DNA of 63,786 nucleotides, the filler included, from Choristocarpus tenellus KU-1152 (Eukaryota; Protista; Phaeophyceae): NCBI GenBank assembly GCA_964200185.2. It is 9 parts of 9 records of this genome, joined end to end, with 100 filler letters (N's around TTAATTAATTAA, not from the genome) between each part and the next. Parts side by side here need not be neighbours in the genome. Positions count along the whole stretch, not along the records: positions 61,065 to 63,786 come from CAXNAD020025308.1; 8 more parts are not named here. One strand, written 5' to 3'. Position 1 is the first letter of the stretch, and each line of letters opens with the position of its first letter. The notes under the pieces are model-generated. The model did no database searches and was not told the DNA's origin. It saw nothing but the letters and a program-made list of their open reading frames with translations. The translations under genes and the position numbers were made by a program. Positions 63,701 through 63,786 of this stretch are shown piece after piece.

Positions 63701-63786
63701 GTGTCTCCTTCTGTAGGGCAAAGGGATCAGCAGGGGTCGAGGGAAGGGGGGGGGGGGGGGGGGGGGGAAAATGTTGTGACATAGGG

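Noticed and set aside
1-63786. Prokaryotic-type systems (CRISPR-Cas, operons, retrons), rRNA or tRNA genes
   Set aside because: The sequence is spliceosomal-intron-containing eukaryotic DNA. I recognised no repeat-spacer array or RNA gene by eye; tRNAscan-SE/Infernal would be needed to exclude RNA genes.

Overview
This is eukaryotic, intron-rich, TE-littered genomic DNA. The gene content points to a stramenopile, most likely a brown alga; that is an inference, not a database result. The window is nine contigs joined by artificial 100-bp linkers (44 N + TTAATTAATTAA + 44 N), so adjacency across linkers cannot be trusted. Spliced genes rebuilt by hand from GT-AG sites and reading phase: an apparently complete Treslin/TICRR/Sld3 replication-initiation gene (- strand, 22.1-32.5 kb) lying head-to-head with the first exon of a kinesin; a type-II membrane Sulfotransfer_2 carbohydrate sulfotransferase carrying a dead duplicated exon; a divergent RHD3/SEY1-like GTPase with a signal-peptide-like N-terminus; a FANCD2-like gene fragment; and a few hypothetical exons. 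The rest is mostly decayed mobile DNA: Copia and LINE relics, a probable Crypton relic, SET-domain and USP pseudogene relics, and a possible small LTR element. The best-supported unusual signal is a ~256-bp MITE family with GAG...CTC ends and a different 4-bp target-site duplication at each copy (Sola2-like). It comes with a filled/empty paralogous site pair and a TIR-sharing sister family that sits at several contig breaks. No rRNA, tRNA or CRISPR array was recognised. All protein family calls are motif recognition by eye.
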